Source: a virus. Taken from it: 64,000 nt of DNA. Each line of letters opens with the position of its first letter. Within the stretch, counting starts at the first letter, position 1. The DNA lies in the IMG/VR virus record IMGVR_UViG_3300014838_000020, positions 11,390 to 75,389 of that record, one strand, 5' to 3'. Positions 1-10,910 of this stretch are shown here, one piece after another. The notes beneath the pieces are model-generated. The model was not told the origin of the DNA. It worked only from the letters and a program-made list of their open reading frames with translations, and searched no databases. Both the position numbers and the translations under genes were made by a program.

Positions 1-141
1 GAAACAATGGAAGAATACCTTGAACTTGAAAAGATGTTCGATCAATTTGAAGATATCCAATTTGTTCCCGTTGATTCTGAACAACTACCAGAAGCTACAT
101 TCTTTAATGGCGTACCAATCGAAGAACTCGGTGACAATTAA
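1..141 (+). CDS. 3' end of an acidic protein upstream of the tape measure-like gene (possible tail assembly chaperone), truncated by window edge
   Basis: Frame 1 is open from base 1 (ETMEEYLELEKMFDQFEDIQ...ELGDN*) to TAA at 139-141, directly before the next ATG at 144; function from position only. Confidence 0.5.
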   Translation, partial: ETMEEYLELEKMFDQFEDIQFVPVDSEQLPEATFFNGVPIEELGDN

Positions 142-143
142 AA

Positions 144-2744
144 ATGACTGACAACATTACTGGTTTCGGTAGTGGTGCAGACGAGATCAGTCTTGGGTTA
201 AACCTTAATTCTAATGTTGGTAGTGTCAAAAATGATTTTGGTGCTGTTGATCAAATATTGCAACAAATGGTCAAAGATCAAGAAACCTTTAATGGCCTTC
301 AAAATGACTCTTTTGATAAGATAAAAGCAACTGCTCAAGAAATTAGAAATTCTGCTGAACAAGCTCAACAGTTGGTCAGTATTTTTAGAACTCTACGTGG
401 GGAACAAGAGGGGACTGTTCAAAGTGCCAAGCAATTGGTGACAATTTATCAACAAATGAACAACGAGCTTCAGAAGGCCCAACAGAACCAAGCTAGGCTA
501 GGAATCACCTCTCCAGGAGCCTCTGTACCGGGCTCTATACCCCCTACAGGCGGTCCTGGACCGATTCCGGGGGTACCTGCCACCCAGACTGGTTCTGGGG
601 GTTCTGGGGGCATTAAACCCCCTAATACAAGTGGTGGTGCTGGGTATGCTGACGAACCTGATGACTTCTTTGGCAGAGAAGAGATTAAATCAGGCGGTCG
701 GCGTTCTTCTGGTCGTAGACCTTCTGATATAGATATAGGAGGAGCGGACCCCTCAGAATATGACGACATAGACCTGACTCCAAGTGGTGTAGTCGGTGGT
801 GGTGGAGGAGGGATGGCACGCAGAGCAACTGCAAGTGGTGAACATTACAAGCAAATTTCTGACATGTCTTTGGCTCTGTTTCCACAGCAAGGATATTATC
901 GAAACCTTCGTAGGGCTAGGTGGCTAACTCGTAATGAGGGCAGTACCATTAATAAATTTACTAGTTCTAAAGCTGGCCAAAGAATGGGGATGGCCCTCAA
1001 TAGACTTGGTGGTGGCCAAAAGTTAAGAACTAACGAAGGCTACCAATTATTCCCATTTTCTCAAGATGAAAATGGAAACTACGTTGACGATAGTAGTAGT
1101 ACAGTTTATGGTCTAAAAAATTCCGAGGGACAATTTTTATCTCAAGGTGGTCCTGGTGTGGAACGACCAAAATGGGCATGGAGCGGTGAAGGAGAAATGC
1201 CTCCAATGCCTGGTCCAGAATCAACTCCTCAACCATTTGATCCTTGGCAACGTCCAAACTTGAATTCCACTGGTGAGGGTGCAGCAAAAATTGCTGGATC
1301 GATGTATGCAGCAAGGATGATTAAAGCTAAGGGTGGAGATCTTTTTAGAGAAGGACAACTCTATACTGGTATTACTGGTGGAACTGGTATTCGTGGTGCA
1401 TTGGGTTATGACGTTGGTGCTCAGGCAACTAGTTGGTTTGGACTTAATCCCTTAGAGTCATATGGACAAGCTAAGCAGATCACCATGCAAAATCTTTCAT
1501 TAGGTTATCGTGGTAATTTACTAAATCAGGCTAACTCATTTGGTAACCAGGCTCTGCAAAAGTATGGAGTAGACCCTCAAACATCTATGCAGATGTTTGG
1601 ACAGATGGTTATGCAAGCCGGTGCGTCATTAAATGAACTCAATGCATCTCTAGACACATTAGCACACACTGCGAGTACAACCGACACCAGTTTTTCACAA
1701 TTACAACAAAGTGTAATACAGTACTCGCAACTTGGTGCTAGTTTTGGTTTAACTGGTGGACAGAATGCAGCATTTGCTACAGCTGCAGCCCAATATGCTG
1801 CTGGACAACCTGGTTTAGCAGCAACTGGTGCCAACCCTGCAGATATTCTAGACAGTATGATCGGTCAAGCATTAGTTGCCCAACAGATGGGAACAAGTTT
1901 TCTTGGATTACCTGGTGCTTCTCAAAGTCAAGGAGCCATGGGTGTATTAAGCGGTGAAATAAAAGCAAATCAATCTTTAATTAGTAGAATTGGAATTACC
2001 AAAGATAATTATCAAAATAGTCAAGTTTTGGAAAATTCATTTCAAAAGTTTAAATTATTGATGTCATCTCTGGGATTAAAGAAGCAAGCAGACATGTCGT
2101 ATAGTACTTATGTTAAATATATACACGATTTGTATGATGGTAAACAAAAACGAGAACTCAACAAAACCTTAACATCTACCTTTGCTAGTGATATAGGTCA
2201 AAAACCAGGAGAAAGTGTAAAACAAGCTATTGCTGGTGCTGTCGCTGCTACTGATTGGTTGGATATAGATGGTAAAAAACTCACAATTTCTGCAATTTCT
2301 ACTGAAATGCAGAATCTTGAAACTAAGAATAAGTGGAAAAATATCGGTGTTGATGTTAACGGAAAATTCATGAGTTTAAGTGATATAGAGCAATTACCTA
2401 CTGGACGCCGTGAAGCTTTAGAAGCAAGGATTGCTACAGGCGATCAACCTCTTTCTCATATAAATCAGCATGGTAAAAAAATTAAAGGTACTTACGCTAG
2501 TGGTACTCTACTTGATCTTCAACATGAATCGGCAGAACAGTTTAATAAATTTGGTAGAACACCTAATAGGGCAGCAATGCAAAAAGCTGAGAGAGGTGCT
2601 ATGCAGATTGAACTTGGCCCGAAGGCTCAAAAACTATTTATGCTATTAGAAGACCCTAGTAATCTTAACCGGGATCTTAATAAATGGGCGAAAAAGCACG
2701 GATTATCTACCACTGAATGGGGCAACCAGAGAACTGGTAACTAA
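144..2744 (+). CDS. Tape measure-like tail protein
   Basis: 866 aa, Gly/Ala/Gln-rich with an N-terminal coiled coil and helical middle region; precedes baseplate genes. Confidence 0.6.
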   Translation: MTDNITGFGSGADEISLGLNLNSNVGSVKNDFGAVDQILQQMVKDQETFNGLQNDSFDKIKATAQEIRNSAEQAQQLVSIFRTLRGEQEGTVQSAKQLVTIYQQMNNELQKAQQNQARLGITSPGASVPGSIPPTGGPGPIPGVPATQTGSGGSGGIKPPNTSGGAGYADEPDDFFGREEIKSGGRRSSGRRPSDIDIGGADPSEYDDIDLTPSGVVGGGGGGMARRATASGEHYKQISDMSLALFPQQGYYRNLRRARWLTRNEGSTINKFTSSKAGQRMGMALNRLGGGQKLRTNEGYQLFPFSQDENGNYVDDSSSTVYGLKNSEGQFLSQGGPGVERPKWAWSGEGEMPPMPGPESTPQPFDPWQRPNLNSTGEGAAKIAGSMYAARMIKAKGGDLFREGQLYTGITGGTGIRGALGYDVGAQATSWFGLNPLESYGQAKQITMQNLSLGYRGNLLNQANSFGNQALQKYGVDPQTSMQMFGQMVMQAGASLNELNASLDTLAHTASTTDTSFSQLQQSVIQYSQLGASFGLTGGQNAAFATAAAQYAAGQPGLAATGANPADILDSMIGQALVAQQMGTSFLGLPGASQSQGAMGVLSGEIKANQSLISRIGITKDNYQNSQVLENSFQKFKLLMSSLGLKKQADMSYSTYVKYIHDLYDGKQKRELNKTLTSTFASDIGQKPGESVKQAIAGAVAATDWLDIDGKKLTISAISTEMQNLETKNKWKNIGVDVNGKFMSLSDIEQLPTGRREALEARIATGDQPLSHINQHGKKIKGTYASGTLLDLQHESAEQFNKFGRTPNRAAMQKAERGAMQIELGPKAQKLFMLLEDPSNLNRDLNKWAKKHGLSTTEWGNQRTGN

Positions 2745-3427
2745 TGACTACCACTGGTTCAATCAACAAAAACTATCGGCATAAAACTGCGTATTTGGCT
2801 AATAATCAAAAAACAATACTTTTAACTTTGCCATTTTCTCCTAATTCACTTGAATGGAGTTATACCTTAAATAAAGTGAGTTATGACACTTATGGGGGTC
2901 GTGTAACCCAACTTATCTCAGTAAAGATTGATCAAATGTCATTGCAGGCAGATGCTGGTAGTAGACAAAATCTAATGAATATATATACGATTATTAAACA
3001 ATTGCAGGAAGACCAAATTGTTAATCGACTACCTCTCGTTTTAACAGTTCCTGCTGATAGTACTGTAAAGCCAAGTACTCCTATTACTCTCTCTTTATGG
3101 TACAGTGACATGCAAATCGGATTTGATCCAACAACTGTTACTTACCCTTATATAATAAATTTTAACGTAGCCGATGAAAGTTATCCTAATACTTCTTATA
3201 GTAGTTTGAGTAAGATTATAACTAATGCTGAAATAAAAGGTTTGTTCGCTAAGTCTCCTGGTAATAATGAAATTGACTTTGGTACTACTTCTTCTTTAAC
3301 GTATGCAGGTCTACAAAATCTAACTAGTGCTCAGGCTGCTGCTAAGAAGACAGCCACCAAAGGGCTAACCTTCCCTAAAGAAGGCCAAATAATCCCCGAT
3401 CTTGGTTCAGGAAGTGTGGTACAATAA
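2744..3427 (+). CDS. Tail/baseplate structural protein (tube-initiator-like)
   Basis: TAATG overlap with upstream gene; 'LPFSPNSLEWSYTLNKVSYDTYGGRVTQL' resembles the tube-fold proteins that follow tape measure genes. Confidence 0.5.
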   Translation: MTTTGSINKNYRHKTAYLANNQKTILLTLPFSPNSLEWSYTLNKVSYDTYGGRVTQLISVKIDQMSLQADAGSRQNLMNIYTIIKQLQEDQIVNRLPLVLTVPADSTVKPSTPITLSLWYSDMQIGFDPTTVTYPYIINFNVADESYPNTSYSSLSKIITNAEIKGLFAKSPGNNEIDFGTTSSLTYAGLQNLTSAQAAAKKTATKGLTFPKEGQIIPDLGSGSVVQ

Positions 3428-3591
3428 TGGCTGTTAGCCCTAATGCATCATGTCCAGTTAGTGGACCAATTTATCAAGAAGATTTAGAAATAGCTAATTT
3501 AGGGTCTTTTTCATGGTCAAATTACAATGGTATTGTACATACCTCAACTACTTTAGACATTGAAGATGCTAATGAATGGATACCAGAGTAA
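3427..3591 (+). CDS. Small 54-aa structural-module protein (not in ORF track)
   Basis: MAVSPNASCPVSGPIYQEDL...DANEWIPE*; fills the gap exactly, with TAATG overlaps at both ends. Confidence 0.7.
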   Translation: MAVSPNASCPVSGPIYQEDLEIANLGSFSWSNYNGIVHTSTTLDIEDANEWIPE

Positions 3592-4364
3592 TGGCTATCT
3601 TTAGTGGGAATGGTGTAGGTACAGGTACTCTCAGGAGTAACCCTATCAAGGGTATTTTCAAACCTACAGCTAATGCTCATTTGGCATTAACTGATCGAAA
3701 TGGTAATTCACTGTTAGACACCGATATAGATATATTATCTTTTAGTACTGCTTCCTATACTCAGTATGACCAAGATCAGGTACAGCGTGGTTTAGCGTGG
3801 ATGCCAATTCGTCGTTCAGAAATGTTCATAGATTTCAGTATTATTTGGCCATTTATGAGTAAACAACGACCAGATGCATTTGAAGAAATGCAGTCTTTTC
3901 AAAATGCTATTAGAGTGCATCAACAAGAATCTGTTCTTACTAGAGGTTCTCCTTACCCGGCAGTTCTGCATTACTACAACAATAGTAATAACCAGTCCCC
4001 AACGATTACTAATAATCTTCCGCATCTTGGAAATAGTGCAAATTTAGTAACCGATGTAAAGAATTTAACGAATAATACAAATGCTAACCAATTGCAACCT
4101 TTGGTATATCAAGGATGGATTGATACCTCAAACAAAATATACCAGCGTTTTAAATCATATTTTGTGACATATTATCATATGAATATACTCAATAGTACAG
4201 ATGATATTAGCTATGCCAGTACTCTATCTGCATTAGGTCTGGGTGCTACTGCGTCCATAACACCTCCTGCTATTAGCAGCTCATCATTTAATCCAACAGC
4301 TATTAATTCAAACTATACAGTCGGTCCTGTAGATATTAATCAAATAACGGGAATCATTAATTAA
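3591..4364 (+). CDS. Tail/baseplate structural protein
   Basis: ORF 3576..4364; start reassigned to ATG 3591 from the TAATG overlap with the small ORF; position in tail operon. Confidence 0.55.
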   Translation: MAIFSGNGVGTGTLRSNPIKGIFKPTANAHLALTDRNGNSLLDTDIDILSFSTASYTQYDQDQVQRGLAWMPIRRSEMFIDFSIIWPFMSKQRPDAFEEMQSFQNAIRVHQQESVLTRGSPYPAVLHYYNNSNNQSPTITNNLPHLGNSANLVTDVKNLTNNTNANQLQPLVYQGWIDTSNKIYQRFKSYFVTYYHMNILNSTDDISYASTLSALGLGATASITPPAISSSSFNPTAINSNYTVGPVDINQITGIIN

Positions 4365-4366
4365 CC

Positions 4367-7135
4367 ATGGCTCTCGGTCAGAACGAACAGTTTTTCTATT
4401 CCCCAGACGTTAGAATATTCATTAATAGTCTAACACAGGGTGGTATTATAGAAGTAAGCGATGACTTTATGTCCCTTACTATAGAGCGTAATATCAATGC
4501 AGTTAGTACCGCTAGTATATATTTAGCTAACAATGGTTTTAAATACACTCCAGCATCAAAGAATTTTACAGCAGCTAAGGTGCAGTCACCAGTAATTAAT
4601 ACAATGGATGAAATAATAATTTTTCTCAAAAAAGAAAGTTATTATCAGTACTTTACTGGATTCGTGATATATGCACCAATAGTTACTTTGATCCCTGAGC
4701 CAATCGTAATTAATTGTAGTTGTACGCTATATAAAGCTCAAAATAGCTATTGGGATGCTGGGGCAATTGAGTATGAAGGTATCATTCCTGGAATTTTACA
4801 GAATGCACAAATATTCGGTGGTAGCGTACAAAATAATGATGGTGGAGTAGCAACTGGAATAATTAATCTGCTAACGAAAGTAGCTAATTGGACTGCAAAA
4901 GATATTCATATTGGTGGTATTCCATCCCAATGGGTTAGTTTTGCTACTGATATCTATAAGCAAACTCAGATTACATTAAAAGATGAGAATGCTACAAGTT
5001 TCAAAGATATTATAAATTATCTAGAAGTAACCGGTGGTGTTTCTAAGTCGGTGTCCTTGGCAACTACAAAAGGTAAAACTGGTATTGGTAATGGTACCGT
5101 TGCCTCTCTTGGGGTTAAGGGTGCTCCAGAAGGTACTGCTATTTTAGGAATTACTAGCGGTGAAACTATAACTGCCACATTTGATACCATATCTGATTTG
5201 TCTAATAACTCTGGTGCTGATGATATTGTAAAAAATCCTAGTGGCATATCGTATTGGGTAGCTGCACCGTTTACTTACTGGGCTAGTAATGTTGGAGATC
5301 CAACATCTGCTAAACAATGGCTACAAGGAGCCGCAAACCCTGATATATACCCTACTGCAGCACAAATTGGTAGAATACTTCTAATAAGTAATACTGTAAC
5401 CCACAAACACGTTCAAGTCCATGTTGTGTACGCAACACAACAAAAACTTCTTAATGGTGCTGACATCATTTTATCGGAAGCTGCTTTTACCTATCTAGGT
5501 GGAGATCTTTCTCCTGGTGCTCCTAAGACAATAGATAATATCTCTGTTGATGCTTGGGTAAATGCCACTGATGAAACATTAAAAGGTGGACCAGTTGTTC
5601 AAACTGTAGCACCTACAAAGTCAGAACAACCAACACCAGATGGTACTTATCCACAGTGGGAATACAATTTACTTAATCCTACATTGATAAATAGTAGTTT
5701 ATCATCATCAGCACAGTTACCATCAACTACTAGTACCAAAAAGGGTACTAAAGGACAAGAAGCAGCTGCTTGGGCTGCAACACAGATTGGTGGTACCTAC
5801 GTTTGGGGTGGAGGACATGATACAACTGGTGCATCACATGGAAAACCCGGAGATACACAAGATCCAGATTATGCAACTCAACTTGGTTTCGACTGTTCTG
5901 GACTCGTAGGTTGGGCTTGGAGTAAAGCCGGTGTTGATGGACTACTTGGAGATACTGGTGAACAACTTAATTCAAATGTAGGACAGAGAATAGCAGGTTA
6001 TGGTACTATTGATCCAAGTCTTCTAGAGCCTGGTGACCTAATCTTTTATGGTGGAACTGAAGTTCTCCCAGAACATGTTGTAATGTATTACAAGGATGGT
6101 TATGTTGTCGATGCAGAAGATAGTCAAGATGGTATAGTAAAACAACAGTTCTATAATAGTTCCCAATCATTTCCTATACAGGGAGTTAGAAGACCTTCAC
6201 CCAGTAAACAAATTGTTAATTACTCAATTAATATAGGTGGTGGAGGTACCGCTAGCACTGCAACACCAGCAGGTCTAAGTAAGGCTGGTGGCAATTTTAA
6301 CTATAACACTACTCAAGGGGTAGTTGGCTTTGATGTTAATTCAACAGTCCTAGCTGGTAGTCCACGAGCATTTGTAACTGATGTCCCAGTTCTTTCAACC
6401 ATTGGTACTTTATCTACTATGGGTTTAAGAGAATTCCAGAGTGGACCAGATGGTAGCTTTTTGGCTTGGTATCCTGATTATTTTGGACTATATGGAACTG
6501 CTCCAGTACTCAGTATTTATGATATTGAAATAATTGACTTCAGTATTTATCATGATGACACCCAGTTATATACACATATTGGTGTTAGTGGTGACCCAAC
6601 TGAAGTTGGTGATGTTTCTTTGGTTGACTGGCTGATGACTAATGGGATTATAACAATTGAGAATAATGCTGTTTTAGGATTATTATTTGGTACCGATCCT
6701 GCAACCATGCTTACCTCTATGAATAGCTTGTCATCACAAGGAATTAATATTAATACATTTGCCAAGGAATTCCTAAAGAGATATGGTATGAGACCATATG
6801 TTGATTCTGAACCAATGATCCGTTCAGAACTGATGGAATTCATGTATGCCTTACAGGAATTCTTATACTTGTGGTCACAGCAATACGCTACCAACGTTAC
6901 ATTCACTTTTATGCCTGAACTGTATCCTGGAATGATAGCTAACATCGTTGAGCATGGACTCCAAGTCTATGTCCAATCAGTAAGTCAAAGTTGCTCACGA
7001 GATGGAGGGTTTACAACTAGTGCAGTAGTAACATGTCCAACTAGAATTATTGGTAAAAAGAAAGTTAATGGAAAACTTGTAAACAATGTAGTTCCACTTG
7101 ACTTTGGATATCCTATTCAATTACAAAATGGTTAA
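4367..7135 (+). CDS. Baseplate hub protein with NlpC/P60 peptidoglycan endopeptidase domain
   Basis: YVWGGG, GFDCSGLVGWAW (catalytic Cys), LEPGDLIFY and HVVMY motifs; hub-like N- and C-terminal regions (PELYPGM...VQSVSQS). Confidence 0.85.
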   Translation: MALGQNEQFFYSPDVRIFINSLTQGGIIEVSDDFMSLTIERNINAVSTASIYLANNGFKYTPASKNFTAAKVQSPVINTMDEIIIFLKKESYYQYFTGFVIYAPIVTLIPEPIVINCSCTLYKAQNSYWDAGAIEYEGIIPGILQNAQIFGGSVQNNDGGVATGIINLLTKVANWTAKDIHIGGIPSQWVSFATDIYKQTQITLKDENATSFKDIINYLEVTGGVSKSVSLATTKGKTGIGNGTVASLGVKGAPEGTAILGITSGETITATFDTISDLSNNSGADDIVKNPSGISYWVAAPFTYWASNVGDPTSAKQWLQGAANPDIYPTAAQIGRILLISNTVTHKHVQVHVVYATQQKLLNGADIILSEAAFTYLGGDLSPGAPKTIDNISVDAWVNATDETLKGGPVVQTVAPTKSEQPTPDGTYPQWEYNLLNPTLINSSLSSSAQLPSTTSTKKGTKGQEAAAWAATQIGGTYVWGGGHDTTGASHGKPGDTQDPDYATQLGFDCSGLVGWAWSKAGVDGLLGDTGEQLNSNVGQRIAGYGTIDPSLLEPGDLIFYGGTEVLPEHVVMYYKDGYVVDAEDSQDGIVKQQFYNSSQSFPIQGVRRPSPSKQIVNYSINIGGGGTASTATPAGLSKAGGNFNYNTTQGVVGFDVNSTVLAGSPRAFVTDVPVLSTIGTLSTMGLREFQSGPDGSFLAWYPDYFGLYGTAPVLSIYDIEIIDFSIYHDDTQLYTHIGVSGDPTEVGDVSLVDWLMTNGIITIENNAVLGLLFGTDPATMLTSMNSLSSQGININTFAKEFLKRYGMRPYVDSEPMIRSELMEFMYALQEFLYLWSQQYATNVTFTFMPELYPGMIANIVEHGLQVYVQSVSQSCSRDGGFTTSAVVTCPTRIIGKKKVNGKLVNNVVPLDFGYPIQLQNG

Positions 7136-7136
7136 T

Positions 7137-7165
7137 TTGATTAATGTAATGAAATATGGTATAAT
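7137..7165 (+). promoter_or_regulatory. sigma70/SigA-type promoter, near-leaderless, for the 7175 gene
   Basis: TTGATT-17 nt-TATAAT with extended TGn; ATG about 10 nt downstream. Confidence 0.55.
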
Positions 7166-7174
7166 TGATAAATA

Positions 7175-7828
7175 ATGGTTTTAAGTCAAACCTCCCCTCT
7201 TGGCAAATTAGCTGGTGTAACTCGTAGAGTAACATTAATACATGAACCCACCTACTCTACTTCAACAGGTAGTTGGTTAGTTAATGGATTAGATGCTGAT
7301 AAACAACAGTGGCAGATCGATCTAACAGTTCTTCCTCCTGGCATTACAAAAGATATGATTAAGGCTGGCCAACAATGGTTCATAGAACGCTCGACTACCT
7401 ATAATCGTTTATTTAAATATGTTGGAGAATTCGTTGTAGAAAATCAACTCAGAATGAGTACTACACTGCCTCTAAGTTCATGGAAATTTCCTTTAAATAC
7501 ATGGAATAATATAACTTATAATACATATTTGGTAACTCAATCTGGATCAGCTGGTATTACTATTTATAGTGGTGGTACTTTTTATGTGCCATTCCCTGGA
7601 TTATACTCCGTAACTTCATATTTAACGAACTCTGCTGGAACTATTCTTAATCGCGTATATTCTTCTGCATTAGATAGTAATTATCCCACTTCTAATTATA
7701 CCAATACTGAGATTCTCTGCCTAACGAGTGGCAATTTAAGTTTTATAATACAGGGTAATCCTACCGCCAGTGGTCAAATTACTGGTTATGCCTCAATTAC
7801 CTATGCTGGACCGATTATATCCAACTGA
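7175..7828 (+). CDS. Baseplate spike/tail-tip associated protein
   Basis: Between hub and gp25-like wedge; beta-rich C-terminus (GGTFYVPFPGLYSVT, C1q-like). Confidence 0.45.
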   Translation: MVLSQTSPLGKLAGVTRRVTLIHEPTYSTSTGSWLVNGLDADKQQWQIDLTVLPPGITKDMIKAGQQWFIERSTTYNRLFKYVGEFVVENQLRMSTTLPLSSWKFPLNTWNNITYNTYLVTQSGSAGITIYSGGTFYVPFPGLYSVTSYLTNSAGTILNRVYSSALDSNYPTSNYTNTEILCLTSGNLSFIIQGNPTASGQITGYASITYAGPIISN

Positions 7829-7855
7829 AACTTGAATTAGGTACTGAGAGATAAG

Positions 7856-8314
7856 ATGAAGACATTAACTGTGCAGAATGGGGATCTGCAACTCGATAGT
7901 TCAGGTAGATTAACCTTTCAGACGGGTTCCAATAAGTTAGTCCAAGACCTAACTTTATGGCTAGAGGAACCAATCGGTACTGGTTTTACTACGCCTAACT
8001 TTGGTAGTATTCTCCCCAATCTAATTGGACAGGTTTTTACTCCTTATTTATCTGCTCAAATACAAGCTGAAACTTTAAGGATATTTACTCTCTATCAACA
8101 GAATCAAATTTCTGCTCTTAAGAATGCCCAAAATTTGTCACAATTAGGTAATTGGAATAAATCTGAAATTATTAACTCAGTCGATAATATAAGTGTATAC
8201 CCGGATTCTAACCTACCAACAATGATAGATGTAACTGTAGATATTACTACATTGTCCAATACCAGTTTGACCATCAATCTATTTGTCACTTCTAATGGTA
8301 TACAGGTAAGCTAA
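7856..8314 (+). CDS. Baseplate wedge protein (gp25/GPW-like)
   Basis: 'NGDLQLD...KLVQDLTLWLEEPIG...PNFGSIL' pattern; directly upstream of baseplate J. Confidence 0.75.
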   Translation: MKTLTVQNGDLQLDSSGRLTFQTGSNKLVQDLTLWLEEPIGTGFTTPNFGSILPNLIGQVFTPYLSAQIQAETLRIFTLYQQNQISALKNAQNLSQLGNWNKSEIINSVDNISVYPDSNLPTMIDVTVDITTLSNTSLTINLFVTSNGIQVS

Positions 8315-8316
8315 AA

Positions 8317-10893
8317 ATGGCACAGGCAGTTACTATTCTCCAGAGGCTTCTTACAAGCCTCACTGCACAGGATCCTACCTGGGATGTTTCGGTTGGATCG
8401 CCTGTATATAAAATCTTTGAATCATTCGCCAATGAGTTGGCTACAGCAATTAATACAAATACTCTTACTTCATATAGTTTTGACGTAAATAGTAAATCTG
8501 GAATTGCTCTGGATTCCTTCGTTAATATATTTGGAATTAATCGTAGACTTGGTACTAGAGCAGTAGGTTCGGTATCATTCAGTATTAGCTCACCAGCTGC
8601 TCAGATTCTTACAATTCCTATTGGTACTCAGATCTTTGTGCCTGGATCTCAGTCATTAACTGGAAATAACATCTTCTTTGCCACAGTAGCTACTGCATTT
8701 ATCGGAATTGGTCAAACTGAAGTTCAAGTTCCAATCCAAGCTGTTTTACCAGGTAGCTTTAGCAATGTTCAATCACAAACTATTACTTCTGTAACAACTG
8801 CCATACTAGGGAGTCCATCGGTTACAAATTTCAGCCCCACTCAAGGTGGTGCAGATACTGAAACTGATGTACAGTTGCAGACCAGATTTATACAAACTGC
8901 TTTTGCTAACATTTCTGGAATCGTCAACAAATATGTACAAATGGCTCTACAAGACCCTAATATTACACAGGTCAATGTCGTTGGTGCTCAACAAACTTAT
9001 ACCGAACAGGATCAGGTTTGGACAACAATAATTGGTAATAGCACTTTCATTCCAGCATTAAATTTCCAAGCACAATTAATGGCAGTTAGTGGATCAAATA
9101 ATGCAGTTCTAACTAATGGTAGTTTCCCGTCTAATGTATTTGGTGCGACCCAAATAACTCCATCGCCAATTGGATGGTCTGGAACAATTGTTAACAATGG
9201 TTCTAATTATGTGTTAAGCACTACTGTTTCTGGTAATACAGTGTTTAGTGTAGACTATTTGTTTCTTAATCCTCCAACATTTAATGGATCGAGCAACGTA
9301 TCTGCTGTTGCTGCCTGGGCAATTGATAGTCTAGCTACGTTAGGTGTTTCAACTACAGCTACTTACTCTGGAACTACCATTTCTGGTGGTGGTCACATCA
9401 CCTTTAATCAGCCAACAGGTTTTAATCTAATTGTTTTTAGTGGTGCTGTTAGTGGATGGAACTCTATAACCTCTCAGATACCTGACTCAAAATATACGTA
9501 TCCAGAAGGTGGGGAAAGTATAGGTCAGAATTTAGGCTCTATAAGTCAAATTCTACTAACTAATGGACAAGATTATAACTATCCTGCTTCTAGTGGAGTT
9601 CCTTTAATTGTCACTCTAAAACCGAATGTTTTAAATGCTCCTCTAACATATACTGGAGAACTTCTCCAGATGCAATCCGAGTATATACCTATTTCATCAA
9701 GAATAGTTAATCCTACAATTAATTCAAACTTTGTTGAAGTATTCATTAATGGCAATAATGCAACATCCACTACTTCACAAGTATTAGTTAGTCCAAATGT
9801 AGTCTTTACTAGCGGTATAACTAATGGATTATATAATGCAAATAACTTTAGTTATGCTAATGGACTTAATTGTATATCTGGTTCTACGAATAGTATTGGA
9901 GATTACTATATTGGATTTGCTAATAAACCAGCAATTAACTGGCCAGCTCAATTAATTTCTGGGAACCAACCTTCTTTTATAAGTTTTGTTAGCATTTCTG
10001 GGTTCGCTGGAGTGACTAATATACCAATTTGTACAGAATTTGTTAACCTAGATCCTCCAAATATAACAGGTATCTCGGGTGCAGTTGGAACAAATATGTT
10101 TACAACTAATTCCAATATTTCTGCGTTATACCTTGGTTTAGTGATATCTGGAACGGGTATAGCAACTACTACTACTTTAAGTGGAATCCCATTCAATACC
10201 TACATAACTAGTCTTGTACCTGGTCTTCCAAACACTATCTATTTGTCAGATTTATTAACATCCAACGTTACTTCTTGTACTGGTACTTTTGTAACAGCTG
10301 CATATCCAGTTTATGATGTTACTAACAATGCAGGCTCCGTATTAGATATGACCGGAATTGCAGTTGTTAGTCATGAACAAGTTGGATATGAATCACAGAG
10401 TTATTTCCCGTGGTCTATCAGTGGTATTAACACTGCTGTTGGAACGATTTTGTATAATTACAATTATGATGTTTCTCAAGTAAATGATATAATTCAGCAA
10501 TCTAGAGTTGTTGGGACTAATGTTTTAGTTCGACAAGCTCAGTATTTGAATCTTATTATTAATCTTTCGGTCATATATGTACAAAATGCCAATGTACCTG
10601 TTGTGAATTCTGCTATACAAAATGCTTTAGTACAGTTCTTACAGTCAGTTTCTTATGATCAAGTCATTAGCTTTTCTAGTTTAGCATCAGTGGTTTACGG
10701 AGTTGGTGGTGTGGCTTCTGCTAGAGTTTCTACAATATCAGATAATCTCAATCAATATGGTATTATAAGTGTTCCATTGGATGGAGATTTAACTAATGCT
10801 GTACAATACACATCAGATATTTTATTGGCTAATAACCAATTGGCTCAATTATTTAGTGTGAATATAACTACTTTTGGCCTCAACAATTTCTAA
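8317..10893 (+). CDS. Baseplate J-like protein with large internal insertion
   Basis: 'LDSFVNIFGINRRLGTRAVG' and 'GGADTETDVQLQTR' baseplate J motifs; C-terminal J domain. Confidence 0.85.
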   Translation: MAQAVTILQRLLTSLTAQDPTWDVSVGSPVYKIFESFANELATAINTNTLTSYSFDVNSKSGIALDSFVNIFGINRRLGTRAVGSVSFSISSPAAQILTIPIGTQIFVPGSQSLTGNNIFFATVATAFIGIGQTEVQVPIQAVLPGSFSNVQSQTITSVTTAILGSPSVTNFSPTQGGADTETDVQLQTRFIQTAFANISGIVNKYVQMALQDPNITQVNVVGAQQTYTEQDQVWTTIIGNSTFIPALNFQAQLMAVSGSNNAVLTNGSFPSNVFGATQITPSPIGWSGTIVNNGSNYVLSTTVSGNTVFSVDYLFLNPPTFNGSSNVSAVAAWAIDSLATLGVSTTATYSGTTISGGGHITFNQPTGFNLIVFSGAVSGWNSITSQIPDSKYTYPEGGESIGQNLGSISQILLTNGQDYNYPASSGVPLIVTLKPNVLNAPLTYTGELLQMQSEYIPISSRIVNPTINSNFVEVFINGNNATSTTSQVLVSPNVVFTSGITNGLYNANNFSYANGLNCISGSTNSIGDYYIGFANKPAINWPAQLISGNQPSFISFVSISGFAGVTNIPICTEFVNLDPPNITGISGAVGTNMFTTNSNISALYLGLVISGTGIATTTTLSGIPFNTYITSLVPGLPNTIYLSDLLTSNVTSCTGTFVTAAYPVYDVTNNAGSVLDMTGIAVVSHEQVGYESQSYFPWSISGINTAVGTILYNYNYDVSQVNDIIQQSRVVGTNVLVRQAQYLNLIINLSVIYVQNANVPVVNSAIQNALVQFLQSVSYDQVISFSSLASVVYGVGGVASARVSTISDNLNQYGIISVPLDGDLTNAVQYTSDILLANNQLAQLFSVNITTFGLNNF

Positions 10894-10910
10894 ATAAAAA
10901 TTAAATAACT